A stretch of DNA of 64,000 nucleotides from Chloroflexota bacterium (GTDB lineage: Bacteria; Chloroflexota; Dehalococcoidia; JABGRK01). Under the pieces are notes generated by a model. That model was not told the origin of the DNA. It did not search any database and saw nothing but the letters and a program-made list of their open reading frames with translations. Location: contig JABGRK010000009.1 in the NCBI GenBank assembly GCA_018648325.1, forward strand, positions 141,969 to 205,968. Reading direction: 5' to 3'. Of this stretch, positions 28,996-38,444 are shown piece by piece. A program made the position numbers and the translations under genes. Position 1 is the stretch's first letter. Every line of letters begins with the position of its first letter.

Positions 28996-29214
28996 CTATC
29001 GGTCGGAAAGGCGATCCATCTGTTTTTCCAGCCGGTCGACGCGCTTACCCACAGGACAGGCGCCCGCCATGTTGTTTCGCAGCGTCTTTTCCACTACTAC
29101 GAAATCTTCCTTAATACTGTCTATTTGTTGACCGACCTTACCCTGCCACTTGGCGTTGGACTTGCCGTTGTGAAAAACGGTGTATCCCCAACCCACGGCA
29201 GTGGTGATCGACAA
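28996..29214 (-). CDS. hypothetical small protein
   Basis: 72-aa ORF only. Confidence 0.25.
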   Translation of the reverse strand: MSITTAVGWGYTVFHNGKSNAKWQGKVGQQIDSIKEDFVVVEKTLRNNMAGACPVGKRVDRLEKQMDRLSDR

Positions 29215-29287
29215 TATGATTACGCTTGCCCACGATACATCCAGGCTAAGGCTATGCTCCTAACTAATTCCATTCTGTAAATCTTTT

Positions 29288-29452
29288 CTACTTTGCTGCC
29301 AAATGTACTTGTTCCCTTGAAGTAACTTCTATAACGAAAATATCACTGCAATTATCACAAACGTCCTCAACGTTAACAGGATATTCCGGAAAATCAGATA
29401 CGTCACTTATTAGGATTTTTTGCTCTACTCCACAATATGGACACTCTCTCAC
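29288..29452 (-). CDS. small zinc-ribbon protein (54 aa, GTG start, AAGGAGG RBS)
   Basis: VRECPYCGVEQ…VCDNCSDIF; not in ORF track. Confidence 0.3.
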   Translation of the reverse strand: MRECPYCGVEQKILISDVSDFPEYPVNVEDVCDNCSDIFVIEVTSREQVHLAAK

Positions 29453-29525
29453 TTTATCCTCCTTATGAGCTTGCTGGCCGATAGTGCGGCGGTTGTTAGC
29501 GGCATATGTAAAACCTCCTGATAAT

Positions 29526-29568
29526 AAAAAAACCCCTCCGGTGACGCATATGAGTCACTTTGGAGGGG
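29526..29568 (-). terminator. strong hairpin + T7 on minus strand with no obvious upstream minus-strand gene (orphan terminator / island boundary)
   Basis: CCCCTCCGGTGAC…GTCACtttGGAGGGG preceded by A7 on + strand. Confidence 0.45.
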
Positions 29569-29761
29569 CAAATACTCTGCCTGTTATGGGGCGAAAGTTA
29601 TTCGCCATGTGGGGCTGTCATGCAGCCTTGTTTATTTGTACTTTCCTAGTTTCGTGAATTTTACTATTTTTGTCAAACGCAGTATATAGTGCAATAGGTA
29701 TTATCAACAATCATGAATATGATATTTACTTCGGCATAGTCAGAATAGTAAAATCCAAGGC

Positions 29762-30601
29762 ATGGATAGAGAAGAACTTAGGAATAAAACCATTTTCGAA
29801 ATTGAGGAGTTTCTTCAAGAATACAAAGAATATGTGCAAAACGTTAGGCAACGCACTATTAAGTCACTCATTGATGAATTGCGTGTAAATTTACAGAGGA
29901 AGGCTCCTTTAATAACAAGACACGTCCTAGCTATTAAAGGTGAAGGAACTTTCAGCCTTGGACTGGCTGGTAGTATACAAACAAGCGCTGTATTGGCCTC
30001 TGCAGTCATGGGCGGCAACAATGAAGTTTCTCATAATCTATCCATGTATGAAACAGCCGTATCATCTATATTAAATAGTGCCTTGGGCTCTATAGAAGCA
30101 GACATTTGGCCGCCTAAAGAAAATACACCTGCGAAGGAGCAAAAACAAATGGTAAACCCTCTCTCAAATAATAGTGTATGGCAACATATTGAGAATGATT
30201 ATGGTATATCTAAAAATTCCTTTGCTAGGAAAATCAATTTCATTAAAGACACGTTCAAAAGAAAAATAATATTCCGTGATATTGAACACGCATATACACT
30301 CGCAAAGAACGGATTCTCAAAGCCAGCAGTAATCATATCTGGTGGCGTAATAGAAGAATTATTACGTCAATACTTAGAAAGTAATAATGTTACCCCATCA
30401 AGAAATGATTTCAATAATTATATTAAGGCCTGTGAGGATAACGATCTTCTCAAAGGAGATATATCTCAATTATCGCATGTTGTTCGAGAGTTTCGAAACT
30501 ACGTACACTTAAGCAAAGAAAAAAGTTCAAAAGATACAGTCTCAAAGGCTACAGCAATAGGAGCCGTGTCCTTTATTTTTACAATAGCAAACGATTTTTA
30601 G
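29762..30601 (+). CDS. hypothetical protein, AT-rich island gene 1; C-terminal HEPN-like motif (R-E-F-R-N-Y-V-H)
   Basis: 279 aa; local GC ~35-40% vs ~50% flanks; …LSHVVREFRNYVHLSKE…. Confidence 0.4.
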   Translation: MDREELRNKTIFEIEEFLQEYKEYVQNVRQRTIKSLIDELRVNLQRKAPLITRHVLAIKGEGTFSLGLAGSIQTSAVLASAVMGGNNEVSHNLSMYETAVSSILNSALGSIEADIWPPKENTPAKEQKQMVNPLSNNSVWQHIENDYGISKNSFARKINFIKDTFKRKIIFRDIEHAYTLAKNGFSKPAVIISGGVIEELLRQYLESNNVTPSRNDFNNYIKACEDNDLLKGDISQLSHVVREFRNYVHLSKEKSSKDTVSKATAIGAVSFIFTIANDF

Positions 30602-30633
30602 TTAGGTAGAACAGTTATCCAAAGGATATTTAT

Positions 30634-31155
30634 ATGCAAGAACCACCAGAAGTAATAAAAGAACGAATCTACAATCTAGCTCGCGGCGAATACCTTAGTA
30701 AGATGGCTTCAATTGAGCATCGTATGACTTCCCTTATTGTTGATTTACTTGGAGTGCAGAACTTCACAACCGAGTTTCATTGGTGGTTTCTAGAAGCTAG
30801 AATCCCGTTCGAGCAAAAAGTTTCTCTCCTTAAAGAATTGATTAAGGGGGAAACGTATCTGAATCAGTTTGGGGATATTAGCAAAAAAATCATTGACGCA
30901 CAAAAATTCAGAAATAAACTGGCTCATTCTTTCCATCTAATGGATGAAATCATGACTTCCCGCGGTGAAATCCTACAATCAGATCAAATATCTTTAAAAG
31001 TTCTCAGCAATAAATTGGGGCAAATACACGCTCTTAATATTCTCCTTGGAGACACCTATATGGTATCGATTTATGGTGGTTCCCCTCCTATATCCGTTGA
31101 GGAATACAAAAAGTATGAAGACTATCGGCCAGAATACCTAGAAGGCTTCATATAG
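30634..31155 (+). CDS. hypothetical protein, AT-rich island gene 2; HEPN/Abi-like R-N-x3-H motif
   Basis: 173 aa all-helical; …AQKFRNKLAHSFHLMDE…. Confidence 0.4.
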   Translation: MQEPPEVIKERIYNLARGEYLSKMASIEHRMTSLIVDLLGVQNFTTEFHWWFLEARIPFEQKVSLLKELIKGETYLNQFGDISKKIIDAQKFRNKLAHSFHLMDEIMTSRGEILQSDQISLKVLSNKLGQIHALNILLGDTYMVSIYGGSPPISVEEYKKYEDYRPEYLEGFI

Positions 31156-31202
31156 CCCCCCCTCCATCACCTTCCTCCACCCCACACAAAACATCGCTTT
31201 TC

Positions 31203-31340
31203 TGCTATAATCGAAACGAGCGGTTATTTTCACATCGATATAGTCACTAAAAACCGAATGTGACTACTATAATCGTAACGTTTTGGCTTACTACTGTTGA
31301 CATCGCACGATTTACGTCCTATAATCGCAATATCCTACGT
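31203..31340 (+). promoter_or_regulatory. three direct repeats YTATAATCG(N)AAC spaced 62/52 nt plus GTCAC-N12-GTGAC inverted repeat
   Basis: tgctataatcgaaacg / tactataatcgtaacg / tcctataatcgcaatatcc. Confidence 0.4.
31297..31325 (+). promoter_or_regulatory. consensus sigma70 promoter TTGACA-N17-TATAAT upstream of aminotransferase
   Basis: exact hexamers, 17-nt spacer. Confidence 0.5.
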
Positions 31341-31421
31341 TTTCAGTACGGCACTTACTTCAATAGCAAACTATTAGAAAAACCATCACTACATATATAT
31401 GTAAGGTAAGGGAGAGAAATT

Positions 31422-32786
31422 ATGACAAACACATCCGCAGACCAGTTAGTTCAGTGGTCAAGAGACCATATCCTGCCTTCCGGTATGCCCCTTGGCCCCT
31501 TCGCCAAAAACGGCCCGCCCAAAGCAGCTATCACCGCTGAGGCACACAGGATCAGCATGACCGATGTTAACGGCAATACAAATATCGCCGGTTCCAGTTC
31601 AGCGGTAAACGTAAACCTCGGCTACTCCAATCCGGAGCTGGCACAAGCCGCCTACGATCAACTCATAAAAATGGGCAACGGCGGATTCACCCCCGGCGGA
31701 GGATCAAGCGCCTCCATTGAGTACGCCCATGCATTGGCCCAAGTCACCCCCGATCATATCAACCGCTTCATGTTCGTACACAGTGGTTCTGAAGGTAACG
31801 ACAGCGCCTACAAGATCGCGCGCTACTACTGGACCATGCAGGGCAAACCGAACAAGTACAAGATCATCAGCCGCAAAATGGCCTACCATGGCCTGACCAT
31901 CGGCTCAATGTATGCCACCGACGGCGATGCGTTTCGCAAAAACTACGGCCCAGAGCTTCCCGGATACGTGCAGATACCGGCGGTTCACTGCTACCACTGC
32001 CCGTTTAACAAAACCTACCCCGGCTGCAACTTCGAATGCGCCGAAAGCCTTGCCGATGCCATTGAAAAGGAAGACGCCGATACGGTAGCAGCCTTTGTCG
32101 CAGAGCCCATCTACGGCGTTGCAGGCACCCTTATACCCCCAGCCGAGTACCTGCCCAAGATAAGAGCAATCTGCGACCAATATGACGTCCTGTATATTGA
32201 TGATGAGGTCATGACCGGCTTCGGCAGAACAGGCAAATACTTCGCCACCGAGCACTGGGACGTCAAAGCCGACCTGCTGATCATGTCCAAAGGCATGACC
32301 GGCGCACAGCTTCCGCTGGCAGGTGTCGGTATAGCCGATAATATCTTCGACGGAATGAGCGGCAAACAAGCCTTCGTTCATTTCCATAGCACAGGTGGTC
32401 ATCCGGCCTGCTGCGCTGTTGGCATAAAAGTGCTTGAGATCATGAAAAGAGACAATCTGGTGCATAACTCCGCTGTCCTGGGCGAGCGCCTGCTTAACGG
32501 AATAAACCAGATGACAGATCACCCGCATATCGCCGATGCGCATGGTTTGGGACTGTTCGCAGGATTCGAGATCATCAAGGATAAAGATACTGCAACCAGC
32601 TATGACCCGGCGCTGGCCATACCCAGAAAGTTCACTGAGGCCACATCCAAGCGTGGACTGGGCGTGCGTGCATCTGTTTCAACCGGACGTATCCAGGTCG
32701 CACCACCGCTGGTGTCTACTGCAGATGATATCGACAAGATAGTTGAGATCATGCAGGCAGCCCTTGCAGACATGCAACTGGACTAG
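31422..32786 (+). CDS. class III (omega) aminotransferase, PLP-dependent
   Basis: full-length similarity to AT-III family. Confidence 0.85.
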   Translation: MTNTSADQLVQWSRDHILPSGMPLGPFAKNGPPKAAITAEAHRISMTDVNGNTNIAGSSSAVNVNLGYSNPELAQAAYDQLIKMGNGGFTPGGGSSASIEYAHALAQVTPDHINRFMFVHSGSEGNDSAYKIARYYWTMQGKPNKYKIISRKMAYHGLTIGSMYATDGDAFRKNYGPELPGYVQIPAVHCYHCPFNKTYPGCNFECAESLADAIEKEDADTVAAFVAEPIYGVAGTLIPPAEYLPKIRAICDQYDVLYIDDEVMTGFGRTGKYFATEHWDVKADLLIMSKGMTGAQLPLAGVGIADNIFDGMSGKQAFVHFHSTGGHPACCAVGIKVLEIMKRDNLVHNSAVLGERLLNGINQMTDHPHIADAHGLGLFAGFEIIKDKDTATSYDPALAIPRKFTEATSKRGLGVRASVSTGRIQVAPPLVSTADDIDKIVEIMQAALADMQLD

Positions 32787-32949
32787 AAAAACACTAAAAA
32801 GGCGGAATTTGACGGTAAACTCGCTAAATCTGGGGATAACTTGCCTAGCTTCAGGTAGTATCGAGGCAGCAAATCCCCGGGTTTAGCAACGTAAACCATA
32901 TGCATTTAGCTACGATTTCGACCGAATACGATCTTTTTTTCACAAAATG

Positions 32950-32978
32950 TTGACAAATAGAAGAATCTTCGGCATAAT
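32950..32978 (+). promoter_or_regulatory. promoter-like TTGACA-N17-CATAAT
   Basis: hexamers/spacing upstream of 33093 gene. Confidence 0.35.
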
Positions 32979-33092
32979 CTAGGCAGTTTAGGTTTAGGTT
33001 AGGTCATTACACATTGCAACATACCCTTGGTACAATCAGGCATTGGATGACCCCAAACTCTAAAGGCAAATACTAAGAGAGGAGGTCATCCG

Positions 33093-33377
33093 ATGGCATT
33101 CGAAGAAAAAACCCTAGCTTGTGTCGAGTGTGGAGCCGATTTCCCGTTCACCGCTGAAGAGCAGGAATTCTACCAGTCTAAAGGCTTCGAAAACGAGCCC
33201 AAGCGCTGCCAGCCATGCAGACGCGCACGCAAACAGCGTGTAGGCGGACCTCGCCAGATGCATGCAGCCGTATGCGCCAAATGTGGCAAGGACACCGAAG
33301 TACCGTTCGAGCCTCGCGAAGGCAGACCGGTATACTGTAGTGATTGCTACAGCCAGCAACAGACAAACAGATACTAG
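33093..33377 (+). CDS. zf-trcl-type probable zinc-ribbon protein
   Basis: CVECGADFPFTAEEQEFYQSKGFENEPKRCQPCR…CAKCGKDTEVPF…CSDCY. Confidence 0.6.
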   Translation: MAFEEKTLACVECGADFPFTAEEQEFYQSKGFENEPKRCQPCRRARKQRVGGPRQMHAAVCAKCGKDTEVPFEPREGRPVYCSDCYSQQQTNRY

Positions 33378-33457
33378 TACCAAAAATAAAAGAGCACACG
33401 TTAAACAAATATGTCTAGCGTGTGCTCTTTTCTATTGTATGCAATTGCAGGAAATGC

Positions 33458-33985
33458 TTACTGCTGATCACCTGCGTTGGGCGGATTTTTCTTAAGCCAA
33501 GATGCCATCACCAGCAGGGTTGAGGCAAACGCGCCGGTAAGGAACAGCGGGTACAGTATCGCCGAGACCTCGGTCAAAGTGGCAGTTGGGGTGCTGTAAA
33601 CTATACGCAGTACCAGAACAGCAATGAACAACCCAATGCAAATAACCGCGGTATAGCGTAGCACATCAGCAATGCCCACCCCAAACAATGTCTTGGAAGC
33701 GTCATTCTTCACAATATATGAGAGCCCATACAAAAGAATGCCGGTAAAAATAACAACCTGAATACCGTTAAGGGCAATTGTCACCGTTTCCTCTATTGGA
33801 GCAGAAGGATCCGCAGTTACAGTACCCGCAGTCATCAATGCCACGACGACCACTCCAATGCCCGTAACCGTAACAGCCAGAAACTGCAACAACATCTGAT
33901 AATTACTCATAAAAAAACCTCCTTCATCAATACATTGACTAGTATCACGTATTATAGCAGCAGATAGACAGTTGTCAAGATACAA
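33458..33985 (-). CDS. membrane protein (4 TM)
   Basis: hydrophobicity. Confidence 0.45.
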   Translation of the reverse strand: MYLDNCLSAAIIRDTSQCIDEGGFFMSNYQMLLQFLAVTVTGIGVVVVALMTAGTVTADPSAPIEETVTIALNGIQVVIFTGILLYGLSYIVKNDASKTLFGVGIADVLRYTAVICIGLFIAVLVLRIVYSTPTATLTEVSAILYPLFLTGAFASTLLVMASWLKKNPPNAGDQQ

Positions 33986-33996
33986 ACGTGCTCATT

Positions 33997-34689
33997 TTAT
34001 AGCCTAGTGAATGTAAATGTGCCCAATCTGGCCACCGTCTGATTGTGAAGAAAAGGATCGCCTGCTATTCTATACATAACCTGTGCCGGATTAGTAACGC
34101 TGTTTGCCGAGCTATAGATTGTACCACTATCCGTTCCTGCATCATATGGATACAGATCAATGGTAATGCTATCAATCCAAACACCGTCCTCTCTCAAATC
34201 AAGCGACGATACGCCAACAAACCAGTCCGGGCTGGGCGCGATCATGGAAACCAGTGACACCAACGGATAATCACTGCTGACGGTGAAGTTCAGGCTTACT
34301 GTGCCCGGTGATGTGCCTATACCTCCACCCGACATCTTCACCCCAGCGTTTCCGCCAGCAATCAACTGATCTATCTCTGTATTAAGCGGATCCTTGCCGC
34401 CGGTTTCAGCCATCTTCTTTATACCCGGCGAGGCAAGCTGACCCGTTTGCCATATATTAACCGATGAGTTATGCGTAACCCCAATCAATCCCGAAAAATG
34501 AGGACGATCCGGAAAATCGTCAGGGTGAGTGGTAGCACTCCAGGTGCTATTGAAATCCACCCGGTAGGTTGCATCTGCAAGAGGTTCTTTTTGTCCGCAC
34601 CCCATACCTGCTAACAACAAAGATGTAAGCATCAAAAAAGGCATTATGATAACTACTGCTTCAATACGCATGATTCCCTCCTGAGCCAT
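33997..34689 (-). CDS. Spondin_N-domain secreted lipoprotein
   Basis: …IAPSPDWFVGVSSL… hallmark of spondin N domain; signal peptide. Confidence 0.6.
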   Translation of the reverse strand: MAQEGIMRIEAVVIIMPFLMLTSLLLAGMGCGQKEPLADATYRVDFNSTWSATTHPDDFPDRPHFSGLIGVTHNSSVNIWQTGQLASPGIKKMAETGGKDPLNTEIDQLIAGGNAGVKMSGGGIGTSPGTVSLNFTVSSDYPLVSLVSMIAPSPDWFVGVSSLDLREDGVWIDSITIDLYPYDAGTDSGTIYSSANSVTNPAQVMYRIAGDPFLHNQTVARLGTFTFTRL

Positions 34690-34785
34690 TGCTTGTTCCA
34701 GTCTACACCATCAAAGCAAATTAATAATGCAACACTACATAGACCCTGATCCAGCCAACCAATATGTCACATAATAACATTACGG

Positions 34786-34815
34786 TTGACCATAACCCAC
34801 CTTTAATGCGATACT
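34786..34815 (+). promoter_or_regulatory. promoter TTGACC-N18-GATACT
   Basis: near-identical to element at 38913..38941. Confidence 0.45.
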
Positions 34816-34860
34816 ATGTAGCGTTGCAATAAACCATTTTTAAGCAAATAGGAGAGATGA

Positions 34861-35358
34861 ATGTACTGTCCCAAATGCGGTAGCCAGGCAACGGACGGCA
34901 ATGCCTTCTGCATCCGCTGTGGAGCACCAATGTCCGGTCATGTATATCCAACAAATGCATACCCAGCGCGAGAAGGACAAGCATTGCAGACATCGCTACC
35001 AAACCGGAACGGATTACTTACCGCTGGTGCAGTATTGCTATTCGTCTCAGGTGGAATCGGCTTACTATTCTCAATAGGCGTAATTCTTTTGGCATCCCTT
35101 TTTATGACTGATATTACATATGGCTATACCAGCGCGGTTGACATCGTTTATCTGATCATGGGACTAGTAGTATTAGTGCTGTCTGTTCTGGCTATACTCG
35201 GCGGTATAAAAACACTGCAAAGATCAAGCTTCGGCTGGGCACTTGCCGGAAGTATTTGTGGAATTATCGCCACTTGGTGGATGTTGGGAATACCCGGTAT
35301 AATAGCCTGCGTTTTCATCGCCATATCAAAAAAAGAATTCGACGCACAACCACAATAG
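34861..35358 (+). CDS. N-terminal zinc-ribbon + 4-TM membrane protein (family member 1)
   Basis: MYCPKCGSQATDGNAFCIRCG…; C-term …GIKTLQRSSFGWA…ISKKEF. Confidence 0.6.
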   Translation: MYCPKCGSQATDGNAFCIRCGAPMSGHVYPTNAYPAREGQALQTSLPNRNGLLTAGAVLLFVSGGIGLLFSIGVILLASLFMTDITYGYTSAVDIVYLIMGLVVLVLSVLAILGGIKTLQRSSFGWALAGSICGIIATWWMLGIPGIIACVFIAISKKEFDAQPQ

Positions 35359-35385
35359 CAACATACAAAAATGAAGGAGATATGC

Positions 35386-35910
35386 ATGTACTGCTCCCGA
35401 TGCGGCAGCCAGACAGAAACCAATGCTGCCTTCTGCCATCGCTGTGGATCACCCTTGTTCGGGTATATATATCCAACGCATAAGGCAGCGCAACCAAAAC
35501 GCAACGGCATTCTTATCGCAGGCGCGGTACTATGCCTGGTCTCCGGGGGAATTGGCATTTTAGTCGGTTTTTTCTTGGTGCTTGGAGGATTGTATTATAT
35601 GTATACAGACTTCTCCTATGACTTGTCAGTAACCGGCTTCGAGGAGATGATTGGTGCCACTTATCTGACCATAGGAATCATAGCAATAGTGTTCTCAGTG
35701 CTAGCCATCTTCGGCGGTATAAAGACACTTAAAAAATCAAGCTTCGGCTGGGCCATTGTAGGGAGCATCGGCGCAGTTTTTGCCAGTTTCTGGCTGGTTA
35801 TGATACCCGGCATAGTGGCCTGTATTTTCATCATCATGTCAAGGAAAGAGTTCTATAACAAACCGGAGCAACCTGAAACAGGCGTAGAGCAAAACAACGT
35901 TATACATTAA
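35386..35910 (+). CDS. zinc-ribbon + TM protein (family member 2)
   Basis: MYCSRCGSQTETNAAFCHRCG…GIKTLKKSSFGWA…MSRKEF. Confidence 0.6.
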   Translation: MYCSRCGSQTETNAAFCHRCGSPLFGYIYPTHKAAQPKRNGILIAGAVLCLVSGGIGILVGFFLVLGGLYYMYTDFSYDLSVTGFEEMIGATYLTIGIIAIVFSVLAIFGGIKTLKKSSFGWAIVGSIGAVFASFWLVMIPGIVACIFIIMSRKEFYNKPEQPETGVEQNNVIH

Positions 35911-35928
35911 AAAAGAGAAGTGCAACCC

Positions 35929-36597
35929 TTATCTCAAAACAAGTGCGTAACCCATGATCAGAAGCAGTAGACCTGCAAGCGTTATAATCTTGGCATATCT
36001 GTCAAGAGTATCCACATCCTTCGATGCAGCCCACGCAGTGCGGGGATTTTGACTGATCCGTTCAAAGTACTTAGCTGCCCAATCCTTGAACCAAAACCCA
36101 TACCCTGCTACGGCAAATATGCTGATGGCTGAAACAAAAAATATATGCACAGCCCAACTCGCCGCAAGTATCAGCCCAACAATGAAAAGCAGGCCGCAAA
36201 ATACCAGCACACCATAGTATATTTGACATACGCGCTCCGACATCCCCGGTTCCAGCACCGCTCGCCCCGGCATTTTCGGGTCATAGTAGACATTGACATC
36301 AGATCCGTTGGTATACTTGTCGATGGCAAGTTGTTCGCGCGCTAAAGGACCGTAGCCACGCCACGCCGTAATCCTGTCCGACTTGTGCATCACACCGTTT
36401 ACACTGTAGTCATATACCACCCTAGCCAAATACATCTTCTCCAGATCCTGATCCACTTTCTCTTCGATGCGGGAGAACACTACAACCCCCGGTACAACAG
36501 GCCAGTCCTGTATGTCCTTAGACTTGCGCAGAAGTATGCATATCACCGCTACGATAATCAAGCTGCAAGCTACAAAAATAAGCCCCGGCGTTTGCAT
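35929..36597 (-). CDS. DUF3592 membrane protein
   Basis: …VPGVVVFSRIEE…YLARVVYDYSVNGVMHKSDRIT…VNVYYDP…. Confidence 0.55.
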   Translation of the reverse strand: MQTPGLIFVACSLIIVAVICILLRKSKDIQDWPVVPGVVVFSRIEEKVDQDLEKMYLARVVYDYSVNGVMHKSDRITAWRGYGPLAREQLAIDKYTNGSDVNVYYDPKMPGRAVLEPGMSERVCQIYYGVLVFCGLLFIVGLILAASWAVHIFFVSAISIFAVAGYGFWFKDWAAKYFERISQNPRTAWAASKDVDTLDRYAKIITLAGLLLLIMGYALVLR

Positions 36598-36708
36598 GAT
36601 TCATATCCCCACTGTCTCACTATGCACAGTGAATGATAGCAAAAATATGCTATAATGTCCAATATAATACCACGGAACATTATGTACACCTCTAGCGTCT
36701 AAGTATAT

Positions 36709-37224
36709 ATGGAGCATAGCTTGAAAAAATACATTCCTATTTTAGCGATAGCGATCTTCTTTACACTGACTCGGCCTATTTACGCCAATCCCATCAGTGT
36801 CCCAAGTGTGTATAATATGAAAAATATAACCTTGCCTGTAACTTATATCATACTGGTAATTTCGCCGTTCATAGAATCACTCATTATCACCATCACTCTG
36901 AAGTGGAAGGGCAATGATTGGTATAACCTGCCATTATTATATTGGCCTATAATCCTGATCAATGCCATCACCCTCACCCTCACTCAAATACTAGCGATTG
37001 GGCTTCGATCGTGGACAAGCAATCAAAATTATATTTACCTTGCCGAAATTTTCCCGCTTGTTTCAGAATATTTTCTACTCAGATGGTTATTCACAAGGTT
37101 ATATAAACAAGATAGACTCACTAAACCTCTATCCAACAAATCGGTTGCCCTAATAACTGTAGTAGCAAATCTAATAACACTCAGTTTAGGGATGATTTTA
37201 ATCTTAGTAGAGAATCTTGGATAA
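36709..37224 (+). CDS. membrane protein
   Basis: hydrophobicity. Confidence 0.4.
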   Translation: MEHSLKKYIPILAIAIFFTLTRPIYANPISVPSVYNMKNITLPVTYIILVISPFIESLIITITLKWKGNDWYNLPLLYWPIILINAITLTLTQILAIGLRSWTSNQNYIYLAEIFPLVSEYFLLRWLFTRLYKQDRLTKPLSNKSVALITVVANLITLSLGMILILVENLG

Positions 37225-37340
37225 TAAACGCGAAAATCGATATACCTAAACAAACCTCTTTACTCTCATCATATAACGGATTTCCCAGCAACATAGAACA
37301 TTTTGGGTAGTTTTGACGTATATATATGTAGAGGGATGTT

Positions 37341-37694
37341 TTGGTATCACTAACACATTCGTTTAAAGAACATAAGCGCCTCTGGATTTACCGGGTGGAG
37401 GTCTTTCTAGTGCTGGGCATATTCAGCATGGGCATCGGCAGAACACCCGTCTCCATCCACACCAGCGACCTCACTTACCATCCGAACTGGCTGCTCAACC
37501 GCTTCCTGTGGCTACCCTATTGGGGCAGTGGCGATATGCTCTGGGAGCTGGAGAACCTGAATTTTCTGGGCGTTAGCGGACTCATACTTCCAGCCATACT
37601 CACTATACTGTGGTGGATATTTATCTCTTTTGTCAGCTTCAGCATTGCTTTTCGGCTATACGGTTACATCAAAACCAGAGTGCTAAAACTATAA
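37341..37694 (+). CDS. small membrane protein
   Basis: hydrophobicity. Confidence 0.35.
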   Translation: MVSLTHSFKEHKRLWIYRVEVFLVLGIFSMGIGRTPVSIHTSDLTYHPNWLLNRFLWLPYWGSGDMLWELENLNFLGVSGLILPAILTILWWIFISFVSFSIAFRLYGYIKTRVLKL

Positions 37695-37733
37695 TAAATA
37701 CCCGCCCTCTTCTCGATTACAAACGCTTATACG

Positions 37734-38258
37734 CTAGTGCATCTGGCAGCACTCAAGAAAATCGTTCAATTGATTGTACTGACCTGCAATATACGAGCCC
37801 ATCTTGAAGGCAGCAATCGACTGTTTTGTATCATCGCCAAACATACTATCCCTTGCCACTCTTGCCACACTCAAAAGCCTGCCCGATGAACTACCGGCAC
37901 TCATTTCCTGATCATAATCGTTGTAACAGGCAGCAACAAATCTGAGCCATCCCATGTAATCACATTCATCCCCGCGTATACTCTTATCATAGACCAGGCG
38001 GTGGAACAGCTGCATACAACCAAACAAACCGTTCCACCCCTGGAGCCGTGACTGGCAAGTGCTTACCACCAGCCACATATTTAAAACCAGCAAAAGCTGG
38101 TGTGCGCTAAAGTAATCCTGCCTGTCATCAATATCAAAAGCCAGCTCCCCTACCACCTTGTTGATCTGCGGGCCCTCCACGCAACGTGCGACCCAGTGGA
38201 AAAGCAGGTTTGCCAGCTCTTCTATCGCCAAATGTATACTAGTCCGGTTCATGGCCAC
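37734..38258 (-). CDS. hypothetical protein
   Basis: ORF only. Confidence 0.35.
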   Translation of the reverse strand: MAMNRTSIHLAIEELANLLFHWVARCVEGPQINKVVGELAFDIDDRQDYFSAHQLLLVLNMWLVVSTCQSRLQGWNGLFGCMQLFHRLVYDKSIRGDECDYMGWLRFVAACYNDYDQEMSAGSSSGRLLSVARVARDSMFGDDTKQSIAAFKMGSYIAGQYNQLNDFLECCQMH

Positions 38259-38444
38259 CTCCTTGAAATCAAGGTGAACTTGTGTACTATGCCCGGTTAC
38301 TATTTTTGCATCGGCACTGTATATAAATATTTTTCTTGTCGGGCGTTATATATACCACTAACATAAAACTTTGTCAATATCTATGAGATATAACAAGTCT
38401 CCTAATGAAGAGAAAAGAGGGGAAGAGAGAGAATTAAAAACAGA

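Noticed and set aside
33003-33026. TTTAGG tandem (telomere-like) repeat
   Set aside because: Only ~3 imperfect units; too short to be meaningful.
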